A DNA stretch of 61,990 bases from a virus. Lineage: Duplodnaviria > Caudoviricetes. The notes beneath the pieces were generated by a model. That model was not told the origin of the DNA, made no database searches, and saw nothing but the letters and a program-made list of their open reading frames with translations. Position numbers and translations under genes: made by a program. The stretch spans positions 1 to 61,990 of IMG/VR virus record IMGVR_UViG_3300004461_001625. One strand, written 5' to 3'. Below are positions 39,563-48,910 of the stretch, piece after piece; within the stretch, counting starts at the first letter, position 1, and each line of letters begins with the position of its first letter.

Positions 39563-40742
39563 CTGTTTCTGTAATTATATTACCTAATTCTTCCTGGTCT
39601 AATTCATCACCGTATGTAAACTTTTCAGCAACAATAGGTTCTAGTAATTTTAATACATCATCAGTTAATACTTGTGGTGAATATAATTGATTAAGATCTA
39701 CTGTATCATTTAAATGTTTTACACAGAGCTTACGAGCAGTTGGAGAAGGTTGAAAATAAACAATTACATCCTTTTTATCTTTTTTAAATGAATGCTTTCT
39801 ACAGTCAGCCTTTCCTGGATCAGTTAATTTATTAAATGCACCGTCAGTTATAAACCTTCCTCTTTCAATGCCACAGATATCCCAGCCTATGTATTCTTCT
39901 AAACCTACATAAGGATTCATACCTTTATTAAAAGAAATATGGAATTTAATATTTGTTGGTTTTGCAAATCTGTTTTTATTTGGTTTAGCAGTTACAATAA
40001 TTCCAGTCTGTTCTATACCTTCTTTAAGTTTAGCTTTACCTAAAAATAAAATAATTGAGGCTGCATATTCTGGACCAGTACCGCCGCCGCCAACTTGTCT
40101 TGAAAATAAATCTTGAGTTTGGTATGTATGATTAGTAAATAAGAATGGAATTTTACAAATACCAAATTGTGTCATAATAATTCTAAAAGTAGATTTTAAA
40201 AGTTTAGCTCTTGTCATATCAGCTTTACTACTTCCAGTCTTTGCATCATCAATTTCTTTTTGCGTTGCAAGGTTACCAGCAGAATCTAAAACTACCATTA
40301 TTTTAGGCAATTCAATTCCTTTTTTCTTTTGCTCAATTAGTACATCAGTAATTGCAGTTACTGAACTTCTAAATTCTTGAACAGTATTACACGGTTCATA
40401 TCTAAATGTTTTTGGATCAATACCAAATTTTTCAACTAATTTTTTATCTACTGCATTTTCGGAATCATAAAAAATTATACTATACCCTTGTTTTTGTGCT
40501 TGTTTAATTGCATTTAAAATAAGATAAGTTTTACCAGTCCCAGATGGTCCTGCTAATGCAACTGCTCTGTTGTTAGGATAACCTCCAAATAGAGATCCTG
40601 TTAAGCATGCATTAAGATGATAATTTCCTGTTGGTATATAATGATCAATTTCTGAAATTGTTGATTTGTCTAAAGTATTTCCGTACTCGGATATCTTTGA
40701 CATTTCTTTGTTTAAATCTGCGAATGAGAATTCCTTTGCCAT
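39537..40742 (-). CDS. uvsX: RecA-like recombinase
   Basis: GPSGTGKT, YDSENA, VLDSAGNL, ADMTRAK, TNHTY, GGGTG. Confidence 0.92.
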   Translation of the reverse strand: MAKEFSFADLNKEMSKISEYGNTLDKSTISEIDHYIPTGNYHLNACLTGSLFGGYPNNRAVALAGPSGTGKTYLILNAIKQAQKQGYSIIFYDSENAVDKKLVEKFGIDPKTFRYEPCNTVQEFRSSVTAITDVLIEQKKKGIELPKIMVVLDSAGNLATQKEIDDAKTGSSKADMTRAKLLKSTFRIIMTQFGICKIPFLFTNHTYQTQDLFSRQVGGGGTGPEYAASIILFLGKAKLKEGIEQTGIIVTAKPNKNRFAKPTNIKFHISFNKGMNPYVGLEEYIGWDICGIERGRFITDGAFNKLTDPGKADCRKHSFKKDKKDVIVYFQPSPTARKLCVKHLNDTVDLNQLYSPQVLTDDVLKLLEPIVAEKFTYGDELDQEELGNIITETVDDVTENS

Positions 40743-40789
40743 ATTATTTTTGTTTATTATTATATTGATTTTTTGCCTTTTGTTTAAAG

Positions 40790-41914
40790 TTAAAATAGGC
40801 TTGTAGTGTAAATCAAATTTCTATTAAATGCTTTAAATCCCATTGCAGTTACTACTCGATTAATAGGATCTAGTATTGTTTTTTCAAATTGTCTATCATG
40901 ATCCATTTCTGGTGCAAATTCATAAGGATATTCACCAGGTGCAAATGCAAACACATCACATGCTTTATCTTTAGAGAAATACATTTTACATTTTTCACCA
41001 TTGCCTAGCGGCTGATACTTACCTTTAGATGTAGAATTATTTAATAAATAATTATGGTAACCTGCAGATCTTACTCCAATGGGACACCTTGATGCAAATT
41101 CAAAAGCTTCATAATCATTTGTAATGTATTTTTGATAATTATTTACTTTTCTAGAAAAACAAATTTGATCTACATTTGCCAATTTAAATTGTCTTTTTAT
41201 ATCTTTAAGTAATGCGGCAAATGCTTTCATATCTAACTTATCAACAGAGAATATGTATGTTAATAAATCTTTTAGTTTTTCTCTAGCAAATATTGGAGTA
41301 GACGATTGAATAATTTCAAAACCTTTTGAACTAATTTTAGACAAATCTTCATAATGAATATCTGGATCTTTCCATACAATATTTTGCATGTACTTTTTCT
41401 TAGCTAACCATATTGCATTTTTGGCAATGCTTTCTAATTCAAAAGATAAAAAGTTTTCTGCATTATTATCATCAGCATATTTTTGAAGAATTTTTTCTAA
41501 ATAACCATTTACTCTAACCTTATATAATTTTAAAATAAATTCCTTTTCATCACCTTTCCAACCTTCTGATTTTTCTATTACTTCATCAAACTTTACATAT
41601 ACTGAATCTGTATCAATATAAATACCTACAGGATTTTCTATTCTTCCAGTTACTGTTATTCCCATTTCTTTATGAGCAGCAATGTCTTTATGCCAATATT
41701 TACTAAAGTACATGTTAAGTAATTCTTCAGTATATAAAATTGCATCTTTACCTTGTAATGTTATAGTCTCTGCTATATCAACATTAAAGAAATAAAAGTA
41801 AGGATTACCAAATGCACCATAAATAGAGTTAAGCATTAACTTAACTGCTTGCTCATAATTATAAAACTTACTTGCTTCTTTATTGATTTGCTGTAATTCT
41901 GTAAGCTCTGTCAT
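40790..41914 (-). CDS. family B DNA polymerase, C-terminal subunit (gp43B-like)
   Basis: Motif B KLMLNSIYG, motif C YIDTDS, KKKY, KGFE; no exonuclease domain or motif A. Confidence 0.92.
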   Translation of the reverse strand: MTELTELQQINKEASKFYNYEQAVKLMLNSIYGAFGNPYFYFFNVDIAETITLQGKDAILYTEELLNMYFSKYWHKDIAAHKEMGITVTGRIENPVGIYIDTDSVYVKFDEVIEKSEGWKGDEKEFILKLYKVRVNGYLEKILQKYADDNNAENFLSFELESIAKNAIWLAKKKYMQNIVWKDPDIHYEDLSKISSKGFEIIQSSTPIFAREKLKDLLTYIFSVDKLDMKAFAALLKDIKRQFKLANVDQICFSRKVNNYQKYITNDYEAFEFASRCPIGVRSAGYHNYLLNNSTSKGKYQPLGNGEKCKMYFSKDKACDVFAFAPGEYPYEFAPEMDHDRQFEKTILDPINRVVTAMGFKAFNRNLIYTTSLF

Positions 41915-41915
41915 A

Positions 41916-42155
41916 TTATGTTAATTCAGTAGAAGTTGTAGCAAAGTCTTGATTTATAAGTAATGTATCATTGCCTTCAAAATATATGAGGGTTTTTTCG
42001 GTGTCAAATAAACCTGTTAAAGGATTATAATATTCGGTGATATACTGAATATAGGTATCTTGGTATCTTGCATCAAATTCTATAAACTCTATTGTATCTT
42101 GACCATTCTTTTTAGTTATATTAGCTCTGAGACCAATTTTTGTTTTATATGCCAT
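41916..42155 (-). CDS. hypothetical protein
   Basis: 79-aa ORF between a replication-class promoter and the polymerase C-subunit gene. Confidence 0.6.
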   Translation of the reverse strand: MAYKTKIGLRANITKKNGQDTIEFIEFDARYQDTYIQYITEYYNPLTGLFDTEKTLIYFEGNDTLLINQDFATTSTELT

Positions 42156-42201
42156 AATTTATTATTTATTTTTATATGCTAAAAACTATAAAAAGTTTAA
42201 G

Positions 42202-42232
42202 AAAAAAGGCACCTCATATAGAGATGCCTTTA
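42202..42232 (-). terminator. intrinsic terminator after the clamp gene
   Basis: AAGGCATCTC-TATAT-GAGGTGCCTT-TTTT. Confidence 0.8.
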
Positions 42233-42254
42233 TTATATTAAGGATAAGTAAAAA

Positions 42255-43004
42255 TTAATCCTCGTCAGTAATCGCCACAGCGACAGTTAAGTGAGTGTTG
42301 GTATCTAAAGATCTAAATACAACTTTATTATTACAAACTACCACTTTATAGTTTTCTTTATCTAAAAGGTTAATATATTTTTTGTAAATTACAACCTTTT
42401 GTCCTACTGCATTTTCACCTTCATATGAATGAGCTAAAGTAGCATCATAAGAAAGACCTTGTACTGCAATACCTTTATCAGTTACTGCTAATGTAAATGT
42501 ATCTTCTTCTCTTTCTAAATTAAATAAAGATTTCATTTTATCCACATGAGTTGTTAAAAGATCAAACTGAAATATATTACCGTCAGTTCCAAATGCACGA
42601 TCAGTTTCTTCTTTACTCATTTCCATAAATGATAATGATGGATCAGCACATGCTAAATTAATTTGAAGATCAGCATTCTCTAAAGTAAAATCACTTGCCA
42701 TTAATTCTCCATCAATTTCTGAGTACTTAATTTTACCTTGTACATCTCCATTAAAATGAGATAGTGCATCGATTACTTTGGTACCATTATAAAAACTAAC
42801 CTTTACTGGATTAGTAATGTCAGTGTCAAAGATATCAGATGTTGGTGTTGATACTAATTTCACTGCATCCCTTTCTGGGAAGTATACAGATGAAACGGTT
42901 CCTTCCTTTCCAATTTTCATAAAAATGAATTTATCAATTGGTAAAAGTTTTTTGACGAATGTACTTAATTCGTAACCGTCAATTTTTTTAATAGTTGCTT
43001 CCAT
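42255..43004 (-). CDS. probable sliding clamp (T4 gp45/PCNA-like)
   Basis: 249-aa acidic protein, LACADPS linker, INLLDKENYKVVV..VVF C-terminus; a clamp loader is encoded in the window. Confidence 0.6.
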   Translation of the reverse strand: MEATIKKIDGYELSTFVKKLLPIDKFIFMKIGKEGTVSSVYFPERDAVKLVSTPTSDIFDTDITNPVKVSFYNGTKVIDALSHFNGDVQGKIKYSEIDGELMASDFTLENADLQINLACADPSLSFMEMSKEETDRAFGTDGNIFQFDLLTTHVDKMKSLFNLEREEDTFTLAVTDKGIAVQGLSYDATLAHSYEGENAVGQKVVIYKKYINLLDKENYKVVVCNNKVVFRSLDTNTHLTVAVAITDED

Positions 43005-43051
43005 TGAATTTATTATTTGTTTATTGTTATATGCATTAATTTAATTTAGTT

Positions 43052-44320
43052 TTAAAAAGTACTCTTAACTTTATACTTCTTTTTAGGTACTGCGCCCAGT
43101 TCTTCTGTTACTAGGATTTTTTGGTTTGTATTATCCTGTTTCATAAAAGTAAAGTTTGTCATTTTAGATTTACCTTCACAGAACTTTTTAACTTCAACTG
43201 CCATATCCATAGCCGTTGTTGCAGGTACATTTTGAGCAATATGATTAACTTGCCTAGCATCCTTAATACCAAAGTCTAAAGGTAATCCCATTAAGTGTAA
43301 CATTTCTCTAATGTTTAAATATCGGTTTTCCGTTGGGTGTACACCATTAAACATATTTCTACCGATAAGAGCTGAGAAACTTTCATTAAAGAAGTGAGGT
43401 GATGCATCCCAATAACCTAAACCTTGGCTTGTTTTATATTTCTGATGCTCTAACATATCACCAAATGATTTTGTGGATTTTTTATTAGAGAACCCTTGTT
43501 TATGATAATTTTTATCTAACCATTGAATACATTCATCAAGTAATTCATTCTTTTCTAAATACTGAGCAATTGTACCTTTACCAAACTTCTTAGCAAAATC
43601 AGCATGATTCAATTCTTCTTTTTCTAATACGAATTCATAAGGTTTATAATGATCCGTTACCTTTCCGGCTACCATAAACATATCTTGTAATGTTGCATCT
43701 TCTGGTATTTCTTTAAGATAATCTATAAGATGTTTCTTTTCTCTGAATTTCCATTCCAATAAAGGTACAGTTGGTGTATTCCAAAAGAAATAGAATGTTC
43801 GTATTCTTCTTTGTGGAATTCCATGTAATTCAGTATTTGTTTTAATTAAAGAAAAGCTATATCCATATTTTTCACCGATGGCCTTTAGCCTATTAACAAC
43901 ACCTTCACCCATTTTGGTAAATAATCCTGGCGCGTTTTCACCCCATAAGACTTTAGGTTTAACATTCTCCAAAACATACTCCGATGAATTATACATCCAT
44001 TGATTTTGAACCGCATCAGATCCTCTAGATGAGGCGCTACCGCTAGCAGAATTTAACTGTGACAATCCTGCACAAGGGCAAACTGAATTTACAAAATCAA
44101 CTTTTTCAAATGTTTGATTAGGAATATCTAATTCTTCATGATCTAGCCTATACATCGGTACTTCTGGCCAATAATCTTCAATATGACTTTCATTTGCAGC
44201 AAATGCTTCATAGCTTAAATGAAATGCTGGTAAATTACCTGTTGCTTTATTACAACCTATTGCACTACCACCAATCAGTGGAATTATAGTACCCCATTTT
44301 AATTCTTTTTCTTTTTTCAT
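43052..44320 (-). CDS. C5 cytosine DNA methyltransferase-like protein with atypical SAM-binding motifs
   Basis: Motif IV PCAGLS, VI ENAPGL, VIII PQRRIRTF, IX RYLNIREMLHLMGLP; motif I reads IPLIGG and motif X reads AQNVP. Confidence 0.8.
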   Translation of the reverse strand: MKKEKELKWGTIIPLIGGSAIGCNKATGNLPAFHLSYEAFAANESHIEDYWPEVPMYRLDHEELDIPNQTFEKVDFVNSVCPCAGLSQLNSASGSASSRGSDAVQNQWMYNSSEYVLENVKPKVLWGENAPGLFTKMGEGVVNRLKAIGEKYGYSFSLIKTNTELHGIPQRRIRTFYFFWNTPTVPLLEWKFREKKHLIDYLKEIPEDATLQDMFMVAGKVTDHYKPYEFVLEKEELNHADFAKKFGKGTIAQYLEKNELLDECIQWLDKNYHKQGFSNKKSTKSFGDMLEHQKYKTSQGLGYWDASPHFFNESFSALIGRNMFNGVHPTENRYLNIREMLHLMGLPLDFGIKDARQVNHIAQNVPATTAMDMAVEVKKFCEGKSKMTNFTFMKQDNTNQKILVTEELGAVPKKKYKVKSTF

Positions 44321-45336
44321 ATTTTAACTTTTTCAATTTCTAAATCTTCCATGAATGTAAAAGGATCAATATTACCTTCTTCTATTTCATTTTCCAAATA
44401 TACAATAGTTTCTTTGATTGTATCAGTTATATCTTTTTTAGGTTCCCATCCCATTGATTTTGCTTTAGAAATATCTCCATAAGAATTTAATGCTTCTCCT
44501 GCAATTGCATCATAATGATCAAAATCAACATTAACATCCATAATGTCTGCTATCATATTTTTAAGATCCATTAGGTTAGTCATTTTACCAGTTCCTAGAT
44601 TAAATGTTTGATTTGCAGTATCTTCATTTTCCATACAAAGAATATGGAATGCATTAACATCAGATACATCTATATAATCTCTTGCCTTCATATAATCACC
44701 AAACACAATAGGATTACGGCCACCTTTGATTCTTAGAATAAATCCAGCAAAAACTGGTGGGATTGTTCTTTCGTAATCTTGTAGTGGTCCTGCTACATTA
44801 AAATATCTAAGTGCAGTATAATTCAATCCTTTAGTTCTACAATAAGATTCTGCTAATAGGGCAAGACATGCTTTTGTTGTAGAATAAATTGTAGTAGGAT
44901 CTGATTGAGTTTCATTAAATCCTGCTTTAGGCATTTCGCAATTTTCATATACTGCTGAAGTTTCACTAAAGATAATTCTTTTAACATCTGCCTTAAGACA
45001 GCCATTCATTACATTAATACTTCCTAAGATATTATTATCTACTGCTTCATATACATCTTCATGACAATCATAAATTGAAACTAAACCTGCAAAGTGATAA
45101 ACATAATCTGGTGCAAATTTTTCAATAATTGTTTCTACAAATTGATTTCTAATATCAACTCTATGAAAGTTTTCTATTTGATCATGAACTTTAGGAATAT
45201 AAGTTCCATGTTCCATATTATCAATAACTGCAATACATTCAGGATTATGTCCTCTATTTAATAAATCATTGATAAAATTTGTACCAACGAACCCAGCACC
45301 ACCGGTGACTAGGATTTTAGTTTCAGAATTATACAT
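44317..45336 (-). CDS. NAD-dependent NDP-sugar epimerase/dehydratase
   Basis: TGGAGFVG, YSTTK (YxxxK), LRYFNVAGP, RDYIDVSD, FNLGTG. Confidence 0.9.
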   Translation of the reverse strand: MYNSETKILVTGGAGFVGTNFINDLLNRGHNPECIAVIDNMEHGTYIPKVHDQIENFHRVDIRNQFVETIIEKFAPDYVYHFAGLVSIYDCHEDVYEAVDNNILGSINVMNGCLKADVKRIIFSETSAVYENCEMPKAGFNETQSDPTTIYSTTKACLALLAESYCRTKGLNYTALRYFNVAGPLQDYERTIPPVFAGFILRIKGGRNPIVFGDYMKARDYIDVSDVNAFHILCMENEDTANQTFNLGTGKMTNLMDLKNMIADIMDVNVDFDHYDAIAGEALNSYGDISKAKSMGWEPKKDITDTIKETIVYLENEIEEGNIDPFTFMEDLEIEKVKI

Positions 45337-45340
45337 ATAT

Positions 45341-46585
45341 TTAGTTTGTTATTTTGTTATAAGCTTCCCATATTTTATTATCTACGTGTTCTCCAGTATA
45401 ATAAGAATCTTTTAAATACTTTTCTTGGAGATTATAAAAGAGTTTTTTATAATGCTCTGGGTTTGCATTTAAAAAATCTACTTTCTTTTTTAAATCTTCT
45501 GGAGATTTACATCTAATGAAATGACCGTCAGGGAAGACATTAAATTCAGTATCGTAAGATGGATGTAAGAATGGTATAATACCATAGTGTAGCATTTCAG
45601 CATACTTAGAGGTTACCATTCCTTCTTTAATAGGTACACAGAAAGTATACTTAGTAGAAAGTAATTCATCTGTCATTGATTCAATTCTTTTTTCTCCTTT
45701 AAACCAATTTGGATATTTTTCTTTTAATTCATCATCCCACTTACCATAAATATCTGTCTTTATATCATTCTCTACAATATAATCTTTAACTGGATCCCAT
45801 CGGTCCATTCCTCCCGTACCTTTTCCTTGATTTTGTAACATCATAAATGAATTTGTCTTTTTCATTTCAAACAATTCATCAGTGTTATACCTAGTCTTAT
45901 CTAAAAGAAAGACAGTTTCAATACCTGAATATTCATAAGTAGAAGTAATTGTTTTAACATCTCTTAGTGGTGGTTGATAAAAATACTGCTCTTCTTTTGT
46001 AAAATTATTTTGAGCTAAGTAATATGTAGGTCTATTATTAATACCCCAATCTTTACAGGCTAATACATATCGATTATCTACAAGTAAACCAACAATTGGT
46101 ACTTTCTTTTCCAATTCATTCATTGCTTGAATTATTGGTGCTGCATAATATTTAAAAAAGTCTAATGATTTAACTTGACCATTCCCATCCTTCTTATTAA
46201 TATAATTAGGAATATTAACTGTACTTGATGGTCCAGTGTAAAAGAAAATAAAATCTAAATCTAATTCTTTTATAAATTTTACAGTTTCATCAGCAGATTT
46301 TCTATTCTCCATTTTAGAATGAAATTCATGAATGTTTGATTCTGCCGCTGACTCTGCTTTAACAGGATCTCCAAATAATGATTGAACTGCCGGCTTTTCT
46401 TTTGCTCTAACTCTGCCTAAATCATTAGGGCTTAATAACCAATATTCAATATTAGGATTTCTTTTTGCTATTGCATTTATTAATTGCTTAGGTTCACAAT
46501 CTCCACCGATTGCGCCCCAACTGTTTTCATTAAACTTAATCGCTTTACCAAGTTTAAAGAAACCTACTTTTTTAACATTTTCCAT
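45341..46585 (-). CDS. GT-B glycosyltransferase resembling T4 DNA beta-glucosyltransferase
   Basis: C-terminal R..TDIYGKW..FKG..VTSKYAEML..FLHPSYDT parallels T4 BGT as recalled (R..IEFFG..FTG..ITLRVWETM..IDEEFDT); similarity judged by eye. Confidence 0.6.
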   Translation of the reverse strand: MENVKKVGFFKLGKAIKFNENSWGAIGGDCEPKQLINAIAKRNPNIEYWLLSPNDLGRVRAKEKPAVQSLFGDPVKAESAAESNIHEFHSKMENRKSADETVKFIKELDLDFIFFYTGPSSTVNIPNYINKKDGNGQVKSLDFFKYYAAPIIQAMNELEKKVPIVGLLVDNRYVLACKDWGINNRPTYYLAQNNFTKEEQYFYQPPLRDVKTITSTYEYSGIETVFLLDKTRYNTDELFEMKKTNSFMMLQNQGKGTGGMDRWDPVKDYIVENDIKTDIYGKWDDELKEKYPNWFKGEKRIESMTDELLSTKYTFCVPIKEGMVTSKYAEMLHYGIIPFLHPSYDTEFNVFPDGHFIRCKSPEDLKKKVDFLNANPEHYKKLFYNLQEKYLKDSYYTGEHVDNKIWEAYNKITN

Positions 46586-47290
46586 TTAACACGTTTTAAT
46601 TAAATCTTCTATTACTTCTTTATCATTTTCATACGTTAGATCATACCAACATATATTTAATTCCTCAAACTTTAAATTATCCATTGAATTAATAAGATGG
46701 GTAATTTCATATTCATTTCTATTTGACATTTTAATACTATCAAGATTATCAAATGCTTCTTTTGAAAATATCATATAACCACAGAAATATCTTCCTGAAA
46801 CAATTCCATGTGGTTTTTCTATAACAACATTTTCTAATATGGAAGCTAATTGTAAATTCCTAGCTCTTGTATCATAATCTTTGTAAGTAACTACTGTACT
46901 GTTTGGATCATGATATTCTAATCCTATATTTCCTTGATAATAATTATCTCCAAATAAACACAAGAAGCCTTCATTAAATTTACCAGCCCAAACCTTTATT
47001 GCTGCACCTGGACCATATTCATCATCCTTTTGAAATTCATAAAATATGTTAATGTCTTTTTTATACTTATTAAGTTTTTCTATAATAGGATGAGAAAGTT
47101 TTATACTATCTTTAAAAAAGAAATCGGCTTTACTAATTGTTACATAACAATCTTCTATTCCATTCTCAATACAAAATTCAATACAATATTCAACTGTTGA
47201 TTTGCCTAAGATAGGATCAACTAATTTATTTTTGCCATATCTTGTAGAACGGCCTGCTGCTAATATAATTGCTTTACTTACTCTTTTCAT
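46586..47290 (-). CDS. sugar-1-phosphate nucleotidyltransferase
   Basis: AIILAAGRSTRYG..K, LFGDN, IEKP, SNRNEYEIT, WYDL (RmlA-like). Confidence 0.88.
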   Translation of the reverse strand: MKRVSKAIILAAGRSTRYGKNKLVDPILGKSTVEYCIEFCIENGIEDCYVTISKADFFFKDSIKLSHPIIEKLNKYKKDINIFYEFQKDDEYGPGAAIKVWAGKFNEGFLCLFGDNYYQGNIGLEYHDPNSTVVTYKDYDTRARNLQLASILENVVIEKPHGIVSGRYFCGYMIFSKEAFDNLDSIKMSNRNEYEITHLINSMDNLKFEELNICWYDLTYENDKEVIEDLIKTC

Positions 47291-48033
47291 TTAGTATACT
47301 TTATTTCTAATTCATCAAATAATTCATGTCCTTTTTTAAGGAAAGATCCTGCTAATTCATACCTTTCATTTAATTCAAAGAAAGGTACTGCTCCTAATAA
47401 ATGAACAGCTAAAAAGAACTTAAGTTGATATTCATCACACCATTCATACATTATCTTTTCAGCTTCTTTACAGAACTTACTGTATTTTTTATTTGGATTA
47501 TTGTATATATGGGACTCATATTCCATGACAAATGATTGCATCAGTTTTCCATAATCATAATAGTCCTGTTCTTCGGTACCTCTTGGGTCTATAAAAAGAA
47601 AATCTTTATCATGTAAAATGTTACTTACGGTTAAATCTCCATGTACAAAACCCCAACAAGATACTGCATCAAATTTACCTTCATAAGTATAACCTGTTCT
47701 TAATTGAAGTTTATTAAAATAATCTTGAGTCTTTACATCAGATCCTATATTATCAAACTTGCCTATAATTGAAATAAGATTTTCTAATTGATTTAATGAG
47801 TTAGTAATAGGTTGAGTTAAAATTTTATCATACCAAGTTGAAAACCTTTTCATTTCATAACTTGTTTCTGATAGAGGCTTAACATTAATAAAATTAGGAT
47901 GATCACAGCACATAAGAAATTCCATTTGCTGTTTGAATTTTTCTGGATAATGCCCAGCCTCTTTAATTACTTTGTTACCTTGGAGAAATACTTTATCTCC
48001 ACTATTCCCTACTAAAATTTTACTATTATGCAT
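47287..48033 (-). CDS. APH/choline-kinase-fold phosphotransferase (putative sugar kinase)
   Basis: GNSG, HGDLTVSNIL, FIDPRG, YDYGKL. Confidence 0.8.
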   Translation of the reverse strand: MHNSKILVGNSGDKVFLQGNKVIKEAGHYPEKFKQQMEFLMCCDHPNFINVKPLSETSYEMKRFSTWYDKILTQPITNSLNQLENLISIIGKFDNIGSDVKTQDYFNKLQLRTGYTYEGKFDAVSCWGFVHGDLTVSNILHDKDFLFIDPRGTEEQDYYDYGKLMQSFVMEYESHIYNNPNKKYSKFCKEAEKIMYEWCDEYQLKFFLAVHLLGAVPFFELNERYELAGSFLKKGHELFDELEIKYTK

Positions 48034-48563
48034 TTTATTCCTAGTTTACGTGCAAAGGTTGAATCTACGTCAGAATCACCAACCATTAAAAAGTCTTCTT
48101 TGTTATATTGTGGAAATTTTTCTATTATTAGATTTCCCATATCTATAGACGGTTTTTTATTTGATACATCTTCTCTTGTATATATGTAATCAAATAACTT
48201 AGGATCTATTTGATGATAACTCATGATTCTATCTACATTTTCTCTAGAAGAATTAGATGCTATAACTAAATTTTTAAATACTTTACTCTTACACATATAT
48301 AAAAGTAATTCATTTACTTTAGTTTTATGTAAGTTTTTTGAAAATATTTCCTTTTTATATTTTTGTGCTAACTTAGATTCTTTATTAGTTAATTGATATT
48401 TTTCTAATAAAACATCCATACCATAATTAATATCTGCCATGATAGCGGATAACGGTATTTCTATGTTTAAGACCTTTTCTAATGCCTTTCTCCAGGAATC
48501 AGCATGAATCTCAATAGTTTTAACTAGTGTATCATCAAAATCTAACATTAAACATTTTTCCAT
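48012..48563 (-). CDS. HAD-superfamily phosphatase/phosphomutase
   Basis: DFDDTL, IASNS, KKP, MVGDSDVD. Confidence 0.88.
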   Translation of the reverse strand: MEKCLMLDFDDTLVKTIEIHADSWRKALEKVLNIEIPLSAIMADINYGMDVLLEKYQLTNKESKLAQKYKKEIFSKNLHKTKVNELLLYMCKSKVFKNLVIASNSSRENVDRIMSYHQIDPKLFDYIYTREDVSNKKPSIDMGNLIIEKFPQYNKEDFLMVGDSDVDSTFARKLGIKCIIVKF

Positions 48564-48581
48564 ATAAATCCTAATTTATTA

Positions 48582-48608
48582 TTATATGGATAAAATAACA
48601 AATGTTTT
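48582..48608 (-). promoter_or_regulatory. putative replication-class promoter heading the HAD-to-methyltransferase operon
   Basis: AAAAC-N16-ATATAA. Confidence 0.6.
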
Positions 48609-48634
48609 AAGAGTGCTAGAGATATTTTTAAGAC

Positions 48635-48663
48635 AAAAAAAGACCGCCTAGATGGCAGCCTCT
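48635..48663 (-). terminator. intrinsic terminator after the Hc1-like gene
   Basis: AGGCTGCC-ATCTA-GGCGGTCT-TTTTTT. Confidence 0.75.
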
Positions 48664-48685
48664 TTTTAGGTGAACGGTATTTGTA

Positions 48686-48862
48686 TTAAAGACTGTTCTT
48701 AGTATCTTGTACGTGTATTCTTACTTCTTGTGCTAGATTTTTAATATCTTGCATTGTTTTACGAATTCTAACAGCAGCAGCTTTATTTCCTTTTACATAA
48801 AACTTATCTACATCTTCATTACACGCTTCGATTAACGCTTTAATTTCTTCAAATTTTTCCAT
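48686..48862 (-). CDS. Hc1-family histone H1-like protein (58 aa, not in the ORF track)
   Basis: MEKFEEIKALIEACNEDVDKFYVKGNKAAAVRIRKTMQDIKNLAQEVRIHVQDTKNSL contains the KGNKAA..R.R signature; has its own late-class motif (48898..48906) and terminator. Confidence 0.85.
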   Translation of the reverse strand: MEKFEEIKALIEACNEDVDKFYVKGNKAAAVRIRKTMQDIKNLAQEVRIHVQDTKNSL

Positions 48863-48910
48863 AATTAATTGTTTTTGTTGTTATTGTTTATTTAATCTAT
48901 ATATTCATCA

